A stretch of 64,000 nucleotides of DNA from Nitrospira sp. (GCA_011523385.1 WTGX01000006.1:4121-68120); one strand, 5' to 3'. Positions 1 through 11,406 are shown, numbered from the stretch's first letter. The notes: generated by a model not told the origin, from the sequence alone. Program-made: numbers and translations.

Positions 1-482
1 GCGAGCGGATAGTCCGTCAAGGAAGCCAACACGTGCCCCGCCGTTGACTCGGAAAGATTTGTCCAGCCGTGCAATGCGACCTTTCCTTGTTTCACGTCGA
101 CCCCGATGAAGATTTTCCCGGGGAAGCTTGCACAGGCGTCGTCGAGAAACGCCCGGTTTTCCAATACGGCCGTTCCCAACACCACCCGGCCGACGCCATA
201 AGAAAAATACTCTTCCATGACCTCCAACGATCGTATCCCCCCACCCACGTGAATCGGGATGGAAACGGCCGCGGCAATCGCTCGCACCTGCTCCATGTTG
301 TGAGGTTTCCCGTTGACCGCACCATTGAGATCGACCACGTGCAGCCGCTGGGCGCCCAGGGCTTCCCATTGCCTGGCCATGGCCGCCGGATCGTCGGAAT
401 AGGTCGTTTCCTGCGCCATGTCACCTTGCCGGAGTCGGACGCACCGCCCGTCTTTCAAATCAATTGCAGGGATTACCATCAT
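1..482 (-). CDS. hisA: HisA (ProFAR isomerase), N-terminal part; the 3' end lies outside the window
   Basis: It is absent from the ORF track because it runs off the window edge. My minus-strand translation from the ATG at 480..482 reads MMVIPAIDLKDGRCVRLRQGDMAQETTYSDDPAAMARQWEALGAQRLHVVDLNGA...IHVGGGIRS, a typical HisA N-terminus. The listed + ORF 69..560 is its antisense shadow. Confidence 0.85.
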   Translation of the reverse strand, partial: MMVIPAIDLKDGRCVRLRQGDMAQETTYSDDPAAMARQWEALGAQRLHVVDLNGAVNGKPHNMEQVRAIAAAVSIPIHVGGGIRSLEVMEEYFSYGVGRVVLGTAVLENRAFLDDACASFPGKIFIGVDVKQGKVALHGWTNLSESTAGHVLASLTDYPL

Positions 483-579
483 GAGTTGAACACCCTTCCC
501 GGTCGTGGCCTGGAACCTGCTTTTGTTGAGTGTATGCCTCGAAGGAGACATCTCCGGTGAGGCGAGACGGAAACGTACG

Positions 580-1350
580 CTACTCCGTACCCAAGGGTAA
601 GCTTTGCAGCACGCGAACGACCCCTGTGCGCGCCAGCTCTTCGGCCGTAACAAATGTTCCCCCTCGTTCGAGGAATCCCTTGAAATCATGAGTCAGCGGC
701 TTTTGCTCTTCGAAATAATCGCCCACCCACAACACTTTGCCGTCCTTGACCCCGACCAACCGGAATTCGAATCCGACGGCCGCGGGATGAGCGGCGAACT
801 TCGTGCCTTCCCGTTCACGGTACACTCGGACAACGCCCTCAAGAACCGCATCCACATCCAGCCGTTCTCCCAAGAGACGCGCCGATTCCCGACTATTCTT
901 GGCTTGGGCGGATCCCCCCAAGCCGTCAAGGATCTGTCCGACGGTTTCAGGCGGGATGACCTGAATCCGGGGCTTGAGCCGTAACTGGGAATACACCATA
1001 TGCCGGATCATGTCGGGAACGGAGTCCGGCACGGAAACCTGTACCTGGCGAGACCGGCCGGGAATCGATGAACCGCTGACACTCCCCAACGACTGATGGA
1101 TTTGGGGATTAGCAAGGTCCGCCGGAGGCGGTGTTCTGAAAGCAAGAGAGATTCCCTGCTTCACTTTGACCACGCGAAACGGCGCAATCGCAACTTTGGT
1201 GATAGCCAGGGACGCAAGCTGGGGATGCGATTTAACGGTGACCGGGTCCGCGGCACATGCCCCACACCCCCAAAGCAGAAAGAATGTCGCCGACAGCCAA
1301 CGTGCCTGTCGCCGATGCGCGCCGATGGTGATGAAAGCGTTCAATTCCAT
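580..1350 (-). CDS. putative lipoprotein of unknown function, between hisH and hisA
   Basis: Taken from ORF 580..1476 but trimmed to the internal Met (MELNAF...) so it does not run through hisH. It has a hydrophobic signal sequence with a lipobox-like LLWGCGAC. I recognise no catalytic motif. Confidence 0.55.
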   Translation of the reverse strand: MELNAFITIGAHRRQARWLSATFFLLWGCGACAADPVTVKSHPQLASLAITKVAIAPFRVVKVKQGISLAFRTPPPADLANPQIHQSLGSVSGSSIPGRSRQVQVSVPDSVPDMIRHMVYSQLRLKPRIQVIPPETVGQILDGLGGSAQAKNSRESARLLGERLDVDAVLEGVVRVYREREGTKFAAHPAAVGFEFRLVGVKDGKVLWVGDYFEEQKPLTHDFKGFLERGGTFVTAEELARTGVVRVLQSLPLGTE

Positions 1351-1958
1351 GCCCCGAAATTTTTGAGCAATTGAAGCCCGACCTTTTGACTTTTTTCCGG
1401 ATGAAATTGACAGGCAAAGACCTTTCCCCTGGTCACACTCGACACAAAAGGAACGCCGTACCGTGTTTCGGTACACACCACGTCGGTCTCTTCCGGTTCC
1501 ACGTAATAGGAATGGACAAAATAGACATGGGCCTCCGGACTGATGCCTTCGAACAACGGCATGGGCCGCTTCACCTGAATCGTGTTCCAGCCCATATGCG
1601 GAATCTTTAACGACGCCTGAGCCGGTCCGGAAGGAAACCGTTTCACTTTACCTTTGAAAATATTCAACCCCTTATGCACGCCAAATTCTTCGCTTTCCGA
1701 AAAAAGGACCTGGAACCCCACGCAAATACCCAGGAACGGCTTGTCCTGAGCAATTGTCCGGCGCAACGGCTCGACCAGACCAAACCGTTGGAGATTGTTC
1801 ACGCAATCGCCGAAGGCCCCCACTCCGGGAAGCACGACGTGGGTTGCCCGATCAATGATCGCAGGATCGCTCGTGACGACCGCGTGATGACCGACGGTTT
1901 CAAAGCCCTTTTGGACGCTTCGCAAATTCCCTCTCTCATAATCGATGATGGCGATCAT
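1341..1958 (-). CDS. hisH: imidazole glycerol phosphate synthase, glutamine amidotransferase subunit HisH
   Basis: The 205-aa ORF starts MIAIIDYERGNLRSVQKGFE, carries GICVGFQ (nucleophile Cys) and ends with a FHPEKS triad. It sits in his-operon context. Confidence 0.95.
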   Translation of the reverse strand: MIAIIDYERGNLRSVQKGFETVGHHAVVTSDPAIIDRATHVVLPGVGAFGDCVNNLQRFGLVEPLRRTIAQDKPFLGICVGFQVLFSESEEFGVHKGLNIFKGKVKRFPSGPAQASLKIPHMGWNTIQVKRPMPLFEGISPEAHVYFVHSYYVEPEETDVVCTETRYGVPFVSSVTRGKVFACQFHPEKSQKVGLQLLKNFGAWN

Positions 1959-2003
1959 GCCTGCTTCATCACTCCTCGTTCCGAAATCACCCCTTACGAA
2001 TGG

Positions 2004-2609
2004 CTAGGCGAGAACCCCTTTTGTGGATGGGACTCCAACCACCCTATCGTCCTGGCGAGTCGCCTGATCCATGGCTTTTGCAAAAGCCTTAAATACAGCT
2101 TCGATTATATGGTGAGGATTCCGGCCGTACCGAACGTTGACGTGCAAATTCAACCCGCCTTGAGTTGCCAGGGCCTGAAAAAAATCTTCAAACAAGCCGA
2201 GATCAAACCCTTTCACCTCGCGATGGGACAACGTGACGTTATACACAAGAAACGGCCGTCCGCTCAGATCGACCACGACTTCCGCCAGCGTTTCATCGAG
2301 CGGGACAGTGGCCCACCCGAACCGGCGGATACCGGCTTTGTCTCCCAGCGCCTCCCTGAAGGCGCTGCCCAACACCATACCGATGTCCTCGACCGTATGG
2401 TGATCGTCAATATGGGTATCGCCCTTGGCGTCAAGCACGAGATCGAACAACCCGTGTCGTGCGAAAGCATCCAACATGTGGTCCACGAACGGAACGGGAG
2501 TGGCAATCCGGCGTTGCCCCGTCCCATCCAGCCCCAATTCCACGCGAATAGTGGTCTCGGAGGTGGATCGGTCTACCGCCGCCCGTCGTGGTTTGCCTGC
2601 AAGATTCAT
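2004..2609 (-). CDS. hisB: imidazoleglycerol-phosphate dehydratase HisB
   Basis: The 201-aa ORF contains the typical IGPD motifs [20 protein letters not shown] and NPHHIIEA. Confidence 0.95.
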   Translation of the reverse strand: MNLAGKPRRAAVDRSTSETTIRVELGLDGTGQRRIATPVPFVDHMLDAFARHGLFDLVLDAKGDTHIDDHHTVEDIGMVLGSAFREALGDKAGIRRFGWATVPLDETLAEVVVDLSGRPFLVYNVTLSHREVKGFDLGLFEDFFQALATQGGLNLHVNVRYGRNPHHIIEAVFKAFAKAMDQATRQDDRVVGVPSTKGVLA

Positions 2610-3892
2610 GACCCCCGGCTTTCTATGGAACGAGCATGGGCTTGGAGCCCCTCCATGGCGGCCAACCGCGTGACGTATGGGGTGACGACTTTCAGTTGTG
2701 CCTGGGTATACGCCACGACGTTCGTTCGTTTAATGTAATCATCGAGCGACAGCGCTGAAAAAAACCGCGCGGAGCCCCCGGTGGGCAGGACGTGATTCGG
2801 ACCGGCCACGTAATCCGCCACGGCCGGCGGGGTGTAGGCCCCCATGAACACCGCACCGGCATGCCGAATTTTTTTCACGTAGTCGAAGGGCCTGGGCAAC
2901 AGAATCTCCAGATGTTCGGGAGCAATGGCATTAGCCACGTCAAAGGCTTCGTCCATGTTCGAGACGACGAAGATTTTAGCATACCGGCCGACGGAATACG
3001 CGGCAATATGTCGCCTCTTCAGTTTGGGCAGTTGATTGCGAATTTCCCGAGCAACTTTCTTGGCGAACGCCGTCGAGGTCGTGACCAGATAGACGCGGGC
3101 CTCTTCATCGTGTTCGGCTTCGCACAACAGGTCCGCCGCGCAATGGGCGGGATCAGCGGATTCATCCGCAATCACCAGCAGTTCGCTCGGTCCGGCAACC
3201 ATATCGATATCGACGGTCCCGTACACCGCCCGTTTGGCCGCGGCCACGTACATGTTACCCGGCCCGACGATTTTGTCCGCACGGGGAATCTGCTTGGTAC
3301 CATACGCCAACGCCCCGATCGCCTGCACGCCTCCGACCCGGTACACTTCATCCACGCCGGCGAGATCCGCCGCGACCAACAAACAAGGATCGATGGCCCC
3401 GGACGCGGTGGGGCTACACATGACGACCCTCGGCACCCCGGCCACTTTGGCGGGGATCGCGTTCATCAAGACCGTGGAGGGATACAAGGCTTTCCCTCCG
3501 GGTACGTACAAGCCCACGACGTCCAGCGGGGTGATGAGTTGCCCGAGTTTCACGCCCTTCTCCTCACTCACCCACGTCGAGACCCGCTGCTTGCGATGAA
3601 ACGCGCGAATACGCCGCGCGGCAAATTGCAAGGCTTGCAGGTCCGCCCGTGGAAGGCTCGCATACGCCTGCCGGATTTCTTTCGAGGAGACCAGGAACTT
3701 TTTGGGTGACAAGGCCAGACCGTCAAATTTCTTGACGTATCGCGCGACCGCGGCATCGCCGTTGCGTTCGACGTTTTTCAGAATACGCTTCACGCGCGTT
3801 TCGATCCTGGCGTGCTGCCGGGCGGCACGATTGCAGACCTCGGCCAACGCCCCGGGATAGGCTTTATCTTTTGAAGAAAAAACGTTCATCAC
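2606..3892 (-). CDS. hisD: histidinol dehydrogenase HisD
   Basis: The 428-aa ORF contains [17 protein letters not shown] and APEHLE motifs. It overlaps hisB by 4 nt. Confidence 0.95.
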   Translation of the reverse strand: MMNVFSSKDKAYPGALAEVCNRAARQHARIETRVKRILKNVERNGDAAVARYVKKFDGLALSPKKFLVSSKEIRQAYASLPRADLQALQFAARRIRAFHRKQRVSTWVSEEKGVKLGQLITPLDVVGLYVPGGKALYPSTVLMNAIPAKVAGVPRVVMCSPTASGAIDPCLLVAADLAGVDEVYRVGGVQAIGALAYGTKQIPRADKIVGPGNMYVAAAKRAVYGTVDIDMVAGPSELLVIADESADPAHCAADLLCEAEHDEEARVYLVTTSTAFAKKVAREIRNQLPKLKRRHIAAYSVGRYAKIFVVSNMDEAFDVANAIAPEHLEILLPRPFDYVKKIRHAGAVFMGAYTPPAVADYVAGPNHVLPTGGSARFFSALSLDDYIKRTNVVAYTQAQLKVVTPYVTRLAAMEGLQAHARSIESRGS

Positions 3893-3896
3893 GCCC

Positions 3897-4547
3897 TCAG
3901 GCGCAGGCCGTCCTGGGACGACTCTTGCGCAGCCTGTTAATCATGGTGGTAATCGCCTGATGCTTCATTTTCAAACTGGCACGATTCACGATCAAGCGTG
4001 CCGTCGATTCCGCAATCGTTTCCATTTCCTTGAGGTTGTTGGCTTTCAGCGTCTCTCCGCTCGACACCAGGTCCACGATACGATCCGCCAAACCCACGAC
4101 CGGCGCCAATTCGATCGACCCGTACAACTTGATAATCTCGACCGGAATGCCCTGCCGGTTAAAATGCCATTCCGTAATGTTGGGATACTTCGTGGCGACC
4201 CGGAGTTTTGACGATAAGCGCGTGCGCTCATCCAGTCCCGCCAGGGCCGCGACGGAAATCCGGCACCATCCGATCCGCAGATCCAGGGGTTCATACACGT
4301 CCAGTTGTTGCTCTAATAATAAATCTTTCCCCGCCACACCCACATCGGCGGCGCCATACTCCACGTACGTCGGCACGTCCGTGGGGCGGACAACCAGAAA
4401 AGACAGCCCGGACTGCGGCACTTCGAAAGCCAGTTTGCGATCGTCAGCGGACAATTCCGGGCTCAGATAGCCCGCTTCCTGAAACAAGGACAGTGCCTGA
4501 TCCAGGAGTTTTCCCTTCGATAGCGCGACGGTCACCATGTCACTCAT
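3897..4547 (-). CDS. hisG: ATP phosphoribosyltransferase HisG (short form)
   Basis: Taken from ORF 3897..4688 but started at the internal MSDMVTVALSKGKLL. The upstream extension overlaps murA and has no HisG similarity. The sequence contains VRPTDVPTYVEYGAADVG. Confidence 0.88.
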   Translation of the reverse strand: MSDMVTVALSKGKLLDQALSLFQEAGYLSPELSADDRKLAFEVPQSGLSFLVVRPTDVPTYVEYGAADVGVAGKDLLLEQQLDVYEPLDLRIGWCRISVAALAGLDERTRLSSKLRVATKYPNITEWHFNRQGIPVEIIKLYGSIELAPVVGLADRIVDLVSSGETLKANNLKEMETIAESTARLIVNRASLKMKHQAITTMINRLRKSRPRTACA

Positions 4548-5802
4548 AACCGGAGCCCTCTCGACGAACCGAAGCGCCCAAGCCTTGTAATTTATCTTCG
4601 ATCCGTTCGTATCCCCGTTCCAAATGATAAATTCGGGAAATCCGCGTTTCACCCTCTGCCGCCAACCCGGCCAACAGGAGCGCGGCACTGGCGCGCAGAT
4701 CCGACGCCATGACCGGCGCGCCCGTCAAACGCCCTAATCCTTTCACAACCGCACGGTGTCCATCAACCGCAATCACCGCACCCATGCGTTGCAATTCCGG
4801 GACGTGCAGAAACCGCCCCGCAAAGACCAATTCGGTAATGACGCTGGTTCCTTCCGCCAAACACATCAAGGCCATCATTTGCGCTTGCAGATCCGTGGGG
4901 AACCCCGGATAGGGAAACGTTTGAACGTCCTGGGCCTGCAACCGGGATCCGGCCTCAATGGTGATCGACCGTGTCCCCTCCGACAGATTGGCGCCGCATT
5001 GCTTGAGTTTGGAAGTCACGACCTCCAGATGTTCGGGCACGCATTGATCCACTTCGACCCGCCCACCCGTCATGGCCCCGGCGATCACATAAGTTCCGGC
5101 TTCAATCCGGTCGGGAATGACCTCGTGATCCGCGCCACGCAACGCCGAAACCCCTTCGATGACGAGACGCCCGGACCCGGCCCCTGAAATTCTGGCCCCG
5201 CGTTTGATCAGGAAATCGGCCAGATCGACAATTTCCGGCTCCATGGCGGCATTGTTGATGACCGTGGTGCCTTTCGCGAGACAGGCGGCCATCAATAAAT
5301 TTTCGGTGCCGGTGACGGTCGGAACCTCGAAATCGATGCGTTGGCCTTCCAACTTCGGGGCATGGGCCCGGATGTAGCCGTAATCCACTGAGACCGTGGC
5401 TCCCAGCTTTCGCAGGCCATCCAAATGGAAATCGACCGGCCTCGGACCGATGGCGCATCCACCCGGGAGGGAAACGACGGCTTCCCCAAACCTAGCTAAT
5501 AACGGACCCAACACCAGGATGGAGGCCCGCATGGTTTTGACCAGATCATACGGCGCCTCGAATGATTGGACGTGAGTCGCGTCGATAATCGCCCGCCCCT
5601 CCTCCTGCTTGACGGAAACGCCGAGTAAGCTGAGAAGCGTCATCATGGTGGTGACGTCTCTCACCTGAGGCAGGTTGGAAATCGCGCATTCTCCTCCCCC
5701 CAACAAGGTCGAAGCCAAAATCGGGAGCGCCGCATTTTTGGCGCCGCCCGCCCGGACGTACCCTTCCAATCGCTGCCCTCCCATGACGATCAAACTGTCC
5801 AT
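4540..5802 (-). CDS. murA: UDP-N-acetylglucosamine 1-carboxyvinyltransferase MurA
   Basis: Full-length MurA-like sequence: GAKNAALPILA, LPGGCAIGPRPVD, ERGYERIE. The start is either MDSLIVMGG (5802) or eight codons upstream (5826). Confidence 0.95.
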   Translation of the reverse strand: MDSLIVMGGQRLEGYVRAGGAKNAALPILASTLLGGGECAISNLPQVRDVTTMMTLLSLLGVSVKQEEGRAIIDATHVQSFEAPYDLVKTMRASILVLGPLLARFGEAVVSLPGGCAIGPRPVDFHLDGLRKLGATVSVDYGYIRAHAPKLEGQRIDFEVPTVTGTENLLMAACLAKGTTVINNAAMEPEIVDLADFLIKRGARISGAGSGRLVIEGVSALRGADHEVIPDRIEAGTYVIAGAMTGGRVEVDQCVPEHLEVVTSKLKQCGANLSEGTRSITIEAGSRLQAQDVQTFPYPGFPTDLQAQMMALMCLAEGTSVITELVFAGRFLHVPELQRMGAVIAVDGHRAVVKGLGRLTGAPVMASDLRASAALLLAGLAAEGETRISRIYHLERGYERIEDKLQGLGASVRREGSGYE

Positions 5803-6710
5803 GTCGACGACGTTCGCTCCAGGCAAATCACGCGATCAATACCCGCCTGATCGCGCCGGATCGTTTTGACGATGAACGCTTCGCCGACTTTTCGACGAAC
5901 GTCCTCTGACTGATGCATTCCCATTTCCATGACCAGAATCCCGCCCGGATGCAACAATGACGGACTCTCCGCAAGCAGGCGATCGTAGAACGCCAAACCG
6001 TTCGAACCGCCATTGAGGGCAGGAAGCGGCTCAAATGCCCGGACTTCCCGTGGCAGGCGATCGCATTGCTCCGACGGAATATAAGGTGGATTCGAGACAA
6101 TGACCGACACCTTGCCCGCAAATACGCCAGCGGCCAGCGGTTCGAGACATTCGCCCAGGAAGAACCGGATCTTATCGGCCACGCCATGACGCTGCGCGTT
6201 CTCGCTGGCCACTTGTAGGGCCGAGGCACTGCAATCCGTAGCCGAGACGGTGGCACCCGGGCAGTCCAAAGCCAACGAGACGGCCAGGCAGCCCGACCCC
6301 GTTCCCATATCCACCATATGACAGGCGACCGTCGAAAAGCGTGAGGCCAGGACTTCCTCGATGATTAACTCGGTTTCAGGCCTGGGAATCAACACGCTCG
6401 AGTTCACGAGAAAGTCGCGTCCGCGAAAGACCTGGGTGCCCACGATATATTGCAGGGGTTCCCGTGACGCCCGGCGCCGAAACAGCGATTCGGTTCTCGC
6501 CCAATCTACCGGCCTGACCCTCGCGTTTGCGTCGGCATACACCTTGAGACGCGAAATGCCCAAACCGGCTTCCAGCAGCCAGAACGCTTCATTATCCGCA
6601 TTGTCCACCCCGGCGGCCTGAAGGATCGCCAAACCCCGTTGATAGGCGGCCAGGAGTGTGGACGGGGACGGCAAGGAACTGTTCGGAGCCTCCATATCAG
6701 TCTGCACCAT
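5790..6710 (-). CDS. prmC: release-factor glutamine N5-methyltransferase PrmC
   Basis: Contains the SAM motif VDMGTGSGC and the catalytic NPPY (IVSNPPYIP). It lies directly downstream of prfA. Confidence 0.9.
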   Translation of the reverse strand: MVQTDMEAPNSSLPSPSTLLAAYQRGLAILQAAGVDNADNEAFWLLEAGLGISRLKVYADANARVRPVDWARTESLFRRRASREPLQYIVGTQVFRGRDFLVNSSVLIPRPETELIIEEVLASRFSTVACHMVDMGTGSGCLAVSLALDCPGATVSATDCSASALQVASENAQRHGVADKIRFFLGECLEPLAAGVFAGKVSVIVSNPPYIPSEQCDRLPREVRAFEPLPALNGGSNGLAFYDRLLAESPSLLHPGGILVMEMGMHQSEDVRRKVGEAFIVKTIRRDQAGIDRVICLERTSSTWTV

Positions 6711-7828
6711 CAGTTGTTGGACGCAATTTCAGCCCCACGACTCTCCGGCTCACGAGCATCGTCCAACGCCTTCACCAATTCCTCAAGGTCTCCGTCCAGG
6801 ATCGATTCCAGTTTATGCAAACTCAGCCCTATCCGGTGATCCGTGACGCGATTCTGCGGGTAATTGTAGGTGCGGATCTTTTCACTTCGTTCACCCGTCC
6901 CGACCTGGGAACGCCGATGTTCGGCAATCGACGCTTCCTGTTTTTCACGTTCGGCGTCGCCGATGCGGGTTCGAAGGGTGCGCATGGCTTTTTCACGATT
7001 CTTGAGTTGCGACCGCTCATCCTGACACGTGACCACCATGCCGGTCGGAATATGGGTTATTCGCACAGCCGAATAAGTGGTATTGACGCTCTGACCTCCT
7101 GCGCCCGAGGAACAGAACGTATCGATGCGAAGATCCCTCGGATCGAGATGCACGTCGACGTCTTCAACCTCCGGCATCACCGCCACGGTCGCCGTGGACG
7201 TATGAATGCGGCCGCTCGCCTCCGTACTCGGAACTCTTTGGACACGGTGCACCCCGCTCTCGTATCGAAAGGCGCCGTACGCTCCCTGGCCTTCGACCAG
7301 AAAAATGGCTTCCTTGATCCCGCCGATGCCCGTCTCATTTGCATCAACCATCTGCACCCGCAACCCGCGGTTCTCGGCATAACGCATGTACATGCGCAAC
7401 AACTCACCGGCGAACAGCCCGGCCTCTTCGCCGCCCGTCCCGGCTCGTATTTCGACGAATGAGTTTTTATCATCTTCGGCGTTTCGGGGATGCAGGAGTT
7501 GCAGCGCGCGTTCCTCAACCTGTGTCCGTTGCTCCTGCAACGCTCCCAATTCATCGGTGGCCAACGCTTTGAGTTCCGGGTCCGATTGCGGGTCATCCAG
7601 CAGCCGCGAAGTATTGGCGATTTCCCGGAGCAGACGCCGGTAGTCCGCAAACAACTGGCTGACGTCTTCAAGGTCAGCCCGCTCCTTGTTGTAGGCAATC
7701 ACCACCGGCGGTTGGCTGAGGACCGTCGGATCGGCTAGGCGATGGGTCAATTCGTCGTAACGATGCGCCGCGGCTTCCCATTGGGCGAGCCAACCCTCAA
7801 ACTGGTTTTCCATCTTGTCGCCGGACAT
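6710..7828 (-). CDS. prfA: peptide chain release factor 1
   Basis: Contains the GGQ motif (SGAGGQSVNTT) and PxT-type RF1 features, with the usual prfA-prmC coupling. Confidence 0.95.
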   Translation of the reverse strand: MSGDKMENQFEGWLAQWEAAAHRYDELTHRLADPTVLSQPPVVIAYNKERADLEDVSQLFADYRRLLREIANTSRLLDDPQSDPELKALATDELGALQEQRTQVEERALQLLHPRNAEDDKNSFVEIRAGTGGEEAGLFAGELLRMYMRYAENRGLRVQMVDANETGIGGIKEAIFLVEGQGAYGAFRYESGVHRVQRVPSTEASGRIHTSTATVAVMPEVEDVDVHLDPRDLRIDTFCSSGAGGQSVNTTYSAVRITHIPTGMVVTCQDERSQLKNREKAMRTLRTRIGDAEREKQEASIAEHRRSQVGTGERSEKIRTYNYPQNRVTDHRIGLSLHKLESILDGDLEELVKALDDAREPESRGAEIASNN

Positions 7829-7903
7829 AGAATGCCCTTCTCTACAATTGAACGAAAGTCTGCGAGAAAATCGAGGAGTGCGAGATCGCGTCGAGCGGGG
7901 AGG

Positions 7904-8113
7904 CTAGGCTTTGGACTTCTTGGCGTATTTTTTCCTGAATCGTTCCACACGCCCTTCGGTGTCAACGATTTTCTGCGTGCCGGTAAAGAAGGGGTGACAG
8001 GCGGAACAAATGTCCACCTTGATATCGCCCACGGTAGAACGGGTTTGGAATTTCATGCCGCATGCGCAACTGACCGTCGCCTCGGAATATTCGGGATGAA
8101 TGCCTGCTTTCAT
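7904..8113 (-). CDS. rpmE: 50S ribosomal protein L31
   Basis: The 69-aa ORF reads MKAGIHPEY...CxC...[10 protein letters not shown]. Confidence 0.95.
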   Translation of the reverse strand: MKAGIHPEYSEATVSCACGMKFQTRSTVGDIKVDICSACHPFFTGTQKIVDTEGRVERFRKKYAKKSKA

Positions 8114-8194
8114 GATACCGATGTCCTCCTGAAAACTGTTCCAGAGCCTATATCTAGCATGAAAGACCGGTCGTTGGCAAAGCGAACGGACAGG

Positions 8195-9445
8195 TTATCG
8201 ATTCATGGACTGGAGAAAGTCCTGATTATCCTTGGTCCCGGCGATCTTATCCATGAGAAACTCCATGGCTTCCATCGTCCCCAAGGGGCTCAATACCTTG
8301 CGTAACACCCACATTTTATTCAACCGGTCCCGGTCGACCAGCAACTCTTCCTTCCGGGTTCCCGATTGACTGATATCAATGGCCGGGAAAATGCGCTTGT
8401 CCGCCAAACGGCGGTCCAAATGGACTTCCATGTTCCCCGTGCCTTTAAACTCTTCAAAAATCACGTCGTCCATACGACTGCCGGTGTCCACCAGCGCCGT
8501 GGCCAGAATCGTGAGACTCCCGCCGTCTTCGATGTTTCGAGCCGAACCGAAAAACCGTTTGGGCCGTTGCAGCGCGTTGGAATCCAGCCCGCCGGAGAGC
8601 ACCTTTCCGCTCGGAGGCGCAATCGTGTTATAGGCGCGAGCCAACCTGGTAATACTGTCCAGCAGGATCACCACGTCGCGCTTGTGCTCAACCAATCGCT
8701 TGGCCTTTTCCATCACGATCTCGGCCACTTGCGCGTGCCGCTGAGCCGGTTCGTCAAACGTGGAGCTGATGACCTCGGCGCTCTTGACCTGACGCTGCCA
8801 ATCCGTGACTTCTTCCGGGCGTTCGTCAATGAGTAAGACGATGAGCAGGGTCTCCGGGTGATTGTGCAGGACCGCACGGGCAATAGCTTGAAGCAGCATG
8901 GTTTTTCCCGTCCGCGGAGCGGCCACGATGAGCCCCCGTTGTCCCTTCCCGATGGGCGTGGTCAGTTCCATCACCCGCGTGCAATATTCCTCCTGATCAA
9001 ACTCCAGGGAAATGCGTTCCTCGGGATAGAGTGGCGTCAAATTGTCGAACAGAATTTTGTCCCGCTGCACTTCCGGTTCGTCATAGTTGATCTTTTCAAC
9101 TTTCAACAAGGCAAAATACCGCTCCCCACCTTTGGGCGGACGAACCTGGCCCGAGATGATGTCGCCCGTTCGCAAGCCAAAACGACGGATTTGAGAGGGC
9201 GAAATATAAATGTCATCGGGACCCGGAAAATAATTCGAATCCGGCGCACGCAAAAACCCGAAGCCGTCGGAAAGAGTTTCCAGGACCCCTTCGCCAAAAA
9301 TGACTCCGTTCTTCTCCGCCTGCCCTTGCAAGATGGCAAAGATCAGTTCCTGTTTCCTCAGATTCGCACACCCTTCGATCTTCAATGACCGGGCCAAATC
9401 CGCAAGGTCGCCGATGGATTTTTGTTTCAATTCCGCAAGATGCAT
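8195..9445 (-). CDS. rho: transcription termination factor Rho
   Basis: The 416-aa ORF has an N-terminal [14 protein letters not shown], the Walker A motif APRTGKT, and full-length Rho similarity. Confidence 0.97.
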   Translation of the reverse strand: MHLAELKQKSIGDLADLARSLKIEGCANLRKQELIFAILQGQAEKNGVIFGEGVLETLSDGFGFLRAPDSNYFPGPDDIYISPSQIRRFGLRTGDIISGQVRPPKGGERYFALLKVEKINYDEPEVQRDKILFDNLTPLYPEERISLEFDQEEYCTRVMELTTPIGKGQRGLIVAAPRTGKTMLLQAIARAVLHNHPETLLIVLLIDERPEEVTDWQRQVKSAEVISSTFDEPAQRHAQVAEIVMEKAKRLVEHKRDVVILLDSITRLARAYNTIAPPSGKVLSGGLDSNALQRPKRFFGSARNIEDGGSLTILATALVDTGSRMDDVIFEEFKGTGNMEVHLDRRLADKRIFPAIDISQSGTRKEELLVDRDRLNKMWVLRKVLSPLGTMEAMEFLMDKIAGTKDNQDFLQSMNR

Positions 9446-9876
9446 AACCTTCTCCTAAAGAGGTGGGGGATCGTTGAAGAGATCGGATCGTGACGACGAG
9501 CCGAAATGTGTCTTCCTGGAGATCGACGGATTCGCAAACTATTTACACGTGGTGAACAGACCGTCCTGCTTGTGTTGCGGAACAGTCATTCAGACAATTC
9601 CGCCGATGCATTAAATGAAGGGAAACTATTCATTATGTTTTGGACAGAAGGGTGTTGGCGTTACGAAAAATTGATTTACAATTTTGGGACTTGAAAAGTC
9701 ATGTAGGGAGAAGTAACTGCCTCTTCAATTTGGAAGGTATATCTGTTTTGTATAACATGCATCTCCTGATTGTCAATAGCTACTTTCAACCATTGTCGGT
9801 TTGCGATGCCACGAGCGTTGTGATAAATGAACGGAAGCAGGGGAAAAATTTTCACAGAGAAAATTTATTGCACAAA

Positions 9877-10293
9877 ATGGCTAAACCCGACGAGCCTTTT
9901 TCACATAGCAGGATTTTCTCCTTTGCCGAGGCGACGGAACTGATCCCCAAGCTGGCGACGCATCTGACCAGAGCCAAAGCCGGCAAAACAATCCTGCAGC
10001 AAACCAAAGAAGAAATCAAAAAAGCAAGCGCCAACGCGCCATATGGAGGCGGAAGTTGTGAGGGGCCACGCTACATCAAAGCACTCGAAACGATTTATGA
10101 AAACCTCAACAGCATCAATGAAATGGGCGTGATTGTCAAAGATCTGGACATGGGCTTATGCGACTTTCCGTATCTCATGGAAGGACGGGTGGTCTATCTC
10201 TGCTGGAGGCTCGGTGAAGAAACTATCGAATGGTGGCATGAAATCGACGACGGCTACAAGGGGCGGCAAGCCCTGCCTAAAGGAATCTCATGA
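9877..10293 (+). CDS. DUF2203-family protein
   Basis: Taken from ORF 9640..10293, trimmed to the ATG at 9877 (MAKPDEPF). The C-terminal GLCDFPYL..GRVVYLCWRLGE..WWHE..GYKGRQ pattern is typical of DUF2203. The upstream extension is AT-rich and non-coding-like. Confidence 0.7.
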   Translation: MAKPDEPFSHSRIFSFAEATELIPKLATHLTRAKAGKTILQQTKEEIKKASANAPYGGGSCEGPRYIKALETIYENLNSINEMGVIVKDLDMGLCDFPYLMEGRVVYLCWRLGEETIEWWHEIDDGYKGRQALPKGIS

Positions 10294-10350
10294 ACGACGG
10301 CCCCCGGTCAGTCGTCCCTTATCGCAAGCCTTAACGGAAACGCCGAGTCC

Positions 10351-10635
10351 ATGACCTACGTGATCATTGGATGGGATGGACCCGAAGGGCAAAGCAAGCG
10401 GCAGCATCATAGACCCGCCCACTTGGGCCATCTTGAGCGCTTGCAGCAAAAGGGCCAATTGATCTGCGCCGGCCCCTTTACCGATCAAGCCGGAAGCTTG
10501 GTCATCATCGAAGCCGACACCATGGAGAGGGCCGAAAACATTGCCAACAGCGATCCCTACGTCACGCATGGAATATTCGAACGAGTCGAAATCCATCCGT
10601 TTAAACGAGTCTTCCCCCGGCCACAAGAAATTTGA
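10351..10635 (+). CDS. YciI-like protein
   Basis: The 94-aa ORF shows the YciI pattern (RPAHLGHL...AGPF...DPY...FERVEIHPFK). Confidence 0.75.
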   Translation: MTYVIIGWDGPEGQSKRQHHRPAHLGHLERLQQKGQLICAGPFTDQAGSLVIIEADTMERAENIANSDPYVTHGIFERVEIHPFKRVFPRPQEI

Positions 10636-10695
10636 AAGGGCGGCATCTTGCGTGTTACAAATTTTTATTCATGATTTCACGCATGTGGCGATCCA

Positions 10696-11406
10696 ATGAT
10701 TAAGCTAATCCGCGAAGGTTCGACGAAATACCCCTGGCTGCTCAAGATCATCATGTTGGTGATCGCGGTCACCTTCACCATCGGAATGGGGTGGTTCGGG
10801 TATGAAACCGCACAACAACCCAACGTGGTGGCCGTGGTCGGGGCGTATCAGGTGGAGCTGGAGGAATTCCGCAGGGCATATAACAGACTCGATGCCTTCT
10901 ATAGAAATCAACCTCAGCAAGAAGCCCCCGACAGCAAAGAGCTCAAGCAGACCGCCATCAACTCTTTAGTCAACCGGAAACTGTGGCTCGCGGCTGCCGA
11001 TGATCTCAATCTGGAGGTGCATCCGGATGAACTGCGAGACACGATCATGAAGCGCGAAGAATTTCAGAAGGATGGGGGCTTCGACCCGGAAACCTACCAT
11101 CGCCTCCTGTCGCTCAACCGGATTTCTCCGGCGAAGTTTGAAGAGGGCCTGGCCAAGGATCTTCGCATACAAAAAGTTCAGTCCCTTGTTCAAGACGTGG
11201 CAACCCTCAACCCCGTGGAGGAAGAACTGGTCAAGGAACTCGCTACAGGGCAAACCGCCGACCTTGAAGATGAAAAAGAAATCGAAAAGATCAATGACCG
11301 CATCAGGCTCCAACTCCTGCTTCAAAAGAAACAGCAAGCCCTCGAAGCATTCCAACAGGCCCTGCGGGCTTCCTCCGCCGTCGAAATCCGCCAGGAATTC
11401 CTCTAA
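10696..11406 (+). CDS. SurA N-terminal-domain / PpiD-like periplasmic chaperone lacking a PPIase domain
   Basis: It has an N-terminal membrane anchor followed by a helical chaperone-like region, as in PpiD N-termini. Confidence 0.55.
   Translation: MIKLIREGSTKYPWLLKIIMLVIAVTFTIGMGWFGYETAQQPNVVAVVGAYQVELEEFRRAYNRLDAFYRNQPQQEAPDSKELKQTAINSLVNRKLWLAAADDLNLEVHPDELRDTIMKREEFQKDGGFDPETYHRLLSLNRISPAKFEEGLAKDLRIQKVQSLVQDVATLNPVEEELVKELATGQTADLEDEKEIEKINDRIRLQLLLQKKQQALEAFQQALRASSAVEIRQEFL

Noticed and set aside
69-560. A 163-aa + ORF at the window start.
   Set aside because: It is the antisense shadow of hisA. hisA is missing from the track only because it has no stop inside the window.
3897-4547. 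Short-form HisG without an adjacent hisZ, considered as an anomaly.
   Set aside because: hisZ is commonly encoded elsewhere in genomes with short HisG. Its absence from a 64-kb window is not informative.
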